Source: Azolla caroliniana (taxonomy: Eukaryota > Plantae > Polypodiophyta). Taken from it: 64,000 nucleotides of DNA. The first letter of the stretch is position 1, and every line of letters starts with the position of its first letter. The notes beneath the pieces were generated by a model. That model saw only the letters and a program-made list of their open reading frames with translations, was not told the origin of the DNA and searched no databases. Where the stretch lies: the NCBI GenBank assembly GCA_043228905.1, contig JBHGNT010000014.1, forward strand, positions 18,290,001 to 18,354,000. Direction: 5' to 3'. Below, in pieces: positions 61,601 through 64,000 of this stretch. Made by a program: the position numbers and the translations under genes.

Positions 61601-64000
61601 AGATGGCAGAAAGTAATATTTTTTTTTTCAAAGGCTTATTTGCAAGAGCTAAAAATTTGTGCTAGAAACAAGGGACCACGAGAAATAAATAATGTTAACT
61701 TTCCAACACAAGGCTGGGGATGGTACTAAATGTCTTATTGCTGACTTCTCTAGATATTACTACAACAAGTTGACAAAACAATCAAGATGGAGTATTCCTG
61801 AAGAGATGAAGGTTTGCTTTAATCAATAATACTGGTTTGTTTTATTTCTGGTGTAGCTCTTTAGCTGGGACATCTAGCATCATTAGTTTTACCCTTAGCC
61901 AAATTCTCAAAGACATAGCCAGGATACCTTATGAAGTTTTACACATGTTTATTTGGTTTGGTGGTCTTAAAAAAGAGAGTAACATTTTCATTGCTAAAGA
62001 TGTATTCTATTTTTCAGATTTTGGTCTCTCAAGAGTGGTTAATATATCTTTCTTTTGTTACCAGCTAGCCAGGGAGCAAGTACATAAGGCTGCTAATCCT
62101 CCAAGTGCAGAAGTGCCTAATGTGTCTCCATCACCAACAACTTCAGCTCTTCCTGTGACAGTCACAATCGCAGCTACCCCAGCATTATCCACCCCGTCTT
62201 CTCCAACCGTTGAAAGTAGTATTGCAGCAGATGCTGGCCTGAATACAACAACTAAAATTAGTATTGTAGGAGAGGATGCCCTGACGACAACAACTATAGA
62301 ACCTACTCAACCTGAGGGTGCTCCAGAGACAGCGATAGGATGTTCTCAATCTGAGGGTGGCCCGATGTCAAGAGCACAACCTGATAGTCCAGCTACATCA
62401 GCTGAAAAGGAAGAAAAAAAAAAGTAACAAAATCTTTGTACCTCAATTTGCTTGTCAAGCATCATAGATTCAACTTGTCTCAGTGGATGAATGAAATTTT
62501 GGGTGCAGAGAAAATGAAGAAATTGATATCAAATCTGGTAGGCAACAGACTTGTGAAAACGACGGCGGGGATTTAAAAGAGTCTCCAACCCAAGATATTG
62601 AGGTAACCAAGTGCAGCAAACTATGTCTGTTTTCATTCATATGGTATTTTTCTAGCATCCAAAATAACTGTTTGAAACATAGATTTCTCTTATGTTCCAT
62701 TAATATTTTGTAAATGGTATTGATGTGCTTAATTCCTTTTTGTTGTGATCCAGTATTTAAGTTGTGGACACATTCAGCAGATTGTTTTCCTATACCTCTT
62801 TGCACAGGAATCTGTTCTTATTCTAGCTCTAAAATGCTGATTGAAGCTATCTATTTCAGGATTCATGTTTTCTTAGTCATTTTGGATTATAGATTTTTTT
62901 TCAGTTCTCATTTCTTTATTATAGTTCTACATTTTCTCATCTCATTTTCTTGATCATATGAAGGAGGCAAAAAAAGCAATGCCATCAGCAGGACATGTTA
63001 ATGTAACACCCTTGAATGAGGATAAGCCTCTTGTTGTTGCTGAAGGAGCAACTGTTTATTCAAATAAAGTAGTAAGAACTATAAACTTTCCAAATACAAA
63101 TGTATGAAAATTTAGGCCTGGAATTAGACAGCTTATTGACAAGTCTTCTACTTGCAGGAGGCAAAAAATGCATTCAAAGAGCTCTTAGAATCTGTGCATG
63201 TTGCATCAGACTGGACTTGGGAACAGGTAGGCATTCTATATAGAAAAGATGCACTGTTGGAAAGTAATACTTTTTGCTAAAAAGTAACTTCTGCAGGCAA
63301 TGCGCGTCATAATCAATGACAAGCGTTATGGAGCTCTCAAAACTTTGGGGGAGAGGAAACAAACTTTTAATGAGGTGATGGTTACATGGGCTTGGTGATG
63401 GAAATTCTCTTCCTTTTGAAGCAGTATATTGACAGTATCTGAATTGTATTTGCAGTTTCTGGCTCACAGAAAGAAGCAAGAGGTAGAAGAGAAGCGTGCC
63501 AGACAAAAGAAAGCTAGAGAAGAATTTCTAATAATGTTACAGGTTTAAGTGTACTCCCAAACAGATGTTATCTTTTTCTTTTAACTTCAAATCTCAAGTG
63601 TCACTGACATTCTTTATATATTTCCAGGAGTCCAGATCACTGAGTTCCAAAATGAGATGGAGGTTTTCTTCTTCCCATGTTGTTTTGATTATTTTGGCTT
63701 GCATGTCTTTTTATGTATACATTGACTTTATTTTCCTGTGGTTTGGATAGCTTAGTATTTAGTGCATATCCAATGTTGTAACTAAAGGCTTTGGTGAGCA
63801 ATTAGCTTGTACTGCTAAGTTGCAACTAAAACCTATACAAATAATCAGTCCAGTGGTAGGAACAAATGTCTTGCAATTTTCATTTGTAGTGAATTTCAGA
63901 ATTTCCATGAGCTGGCTTTTCAGTAAAATTGTGTCTTATGGCTTACTTCACATTTTTTCAGCAAGGTTGCATCTATTCTGGCTGAGGATCCTAGGTTTCG
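58630..64000 (+). CDS. PRP40: Pre-mRNA-processing protein 40 (PRP40A/B-like; WW and FF domains), 3'-incomplete
   Basis: Exons 58630-58711, 60065-60129, 60250-60318, 60402-60707, 60797-60970, 61101-61150, 61236-61305, 61560-61612, 61754-61811, 62065-62423, 62509-62602, 62964-63071, 63158-63226, 63297-63374, 63456-63542, 63628-63662, 63962-end. Pro-rich N-terminus; WW1 [27 protein letters not shown]; WW2 [27 protein letters not shown]; [47 protein letters not shown]. Confidence 0.96.

Overview
AT-rich, microsatellite-rich nuclear DNA from a land plant. It is most likely a fern or another seed-free vascular plant, judged from the style of the PPR gene and the retroelements (inference). Five spliced host genes could be reconstructed by hand. 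On the minus strand these are an alpha-expansin (3 exons), an atypical PEBP/RKIP-fold gene with a signal peptide (3 exons, unlike FT/TFL1/MFT), and a PLS-class PPR editing-factor gene whose KP-like DYW domain stops just before the catalytic HxE. On the plus strand they are a KUP/HAK/KT potassium transporter (9 coding exons) and the 5' part of a PRP40 splicing factor that runs off the window end. The rest is decayed mobile DNA: several L1/Tx1-like LINE copies, a Ty1/copia element with both LTRs and a 5-bp TSD that contains a tRNA-Trp-primed gag-only Ty3/gypsy remnant and a third LTR fragment, a solo LTR, a Tourist-like MITE, and a two-copy repeat made of two convergent tRNA-derived heads. The most novel-looking items are the secreted PEBP, a compact mosaic of PPR fragments (possible TAS-like/phasiRNA locus) and the convergent double-tRNA repeat. 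All exon boundaries were read manually from GT/AG sites and frame continuity. No database search was possible.
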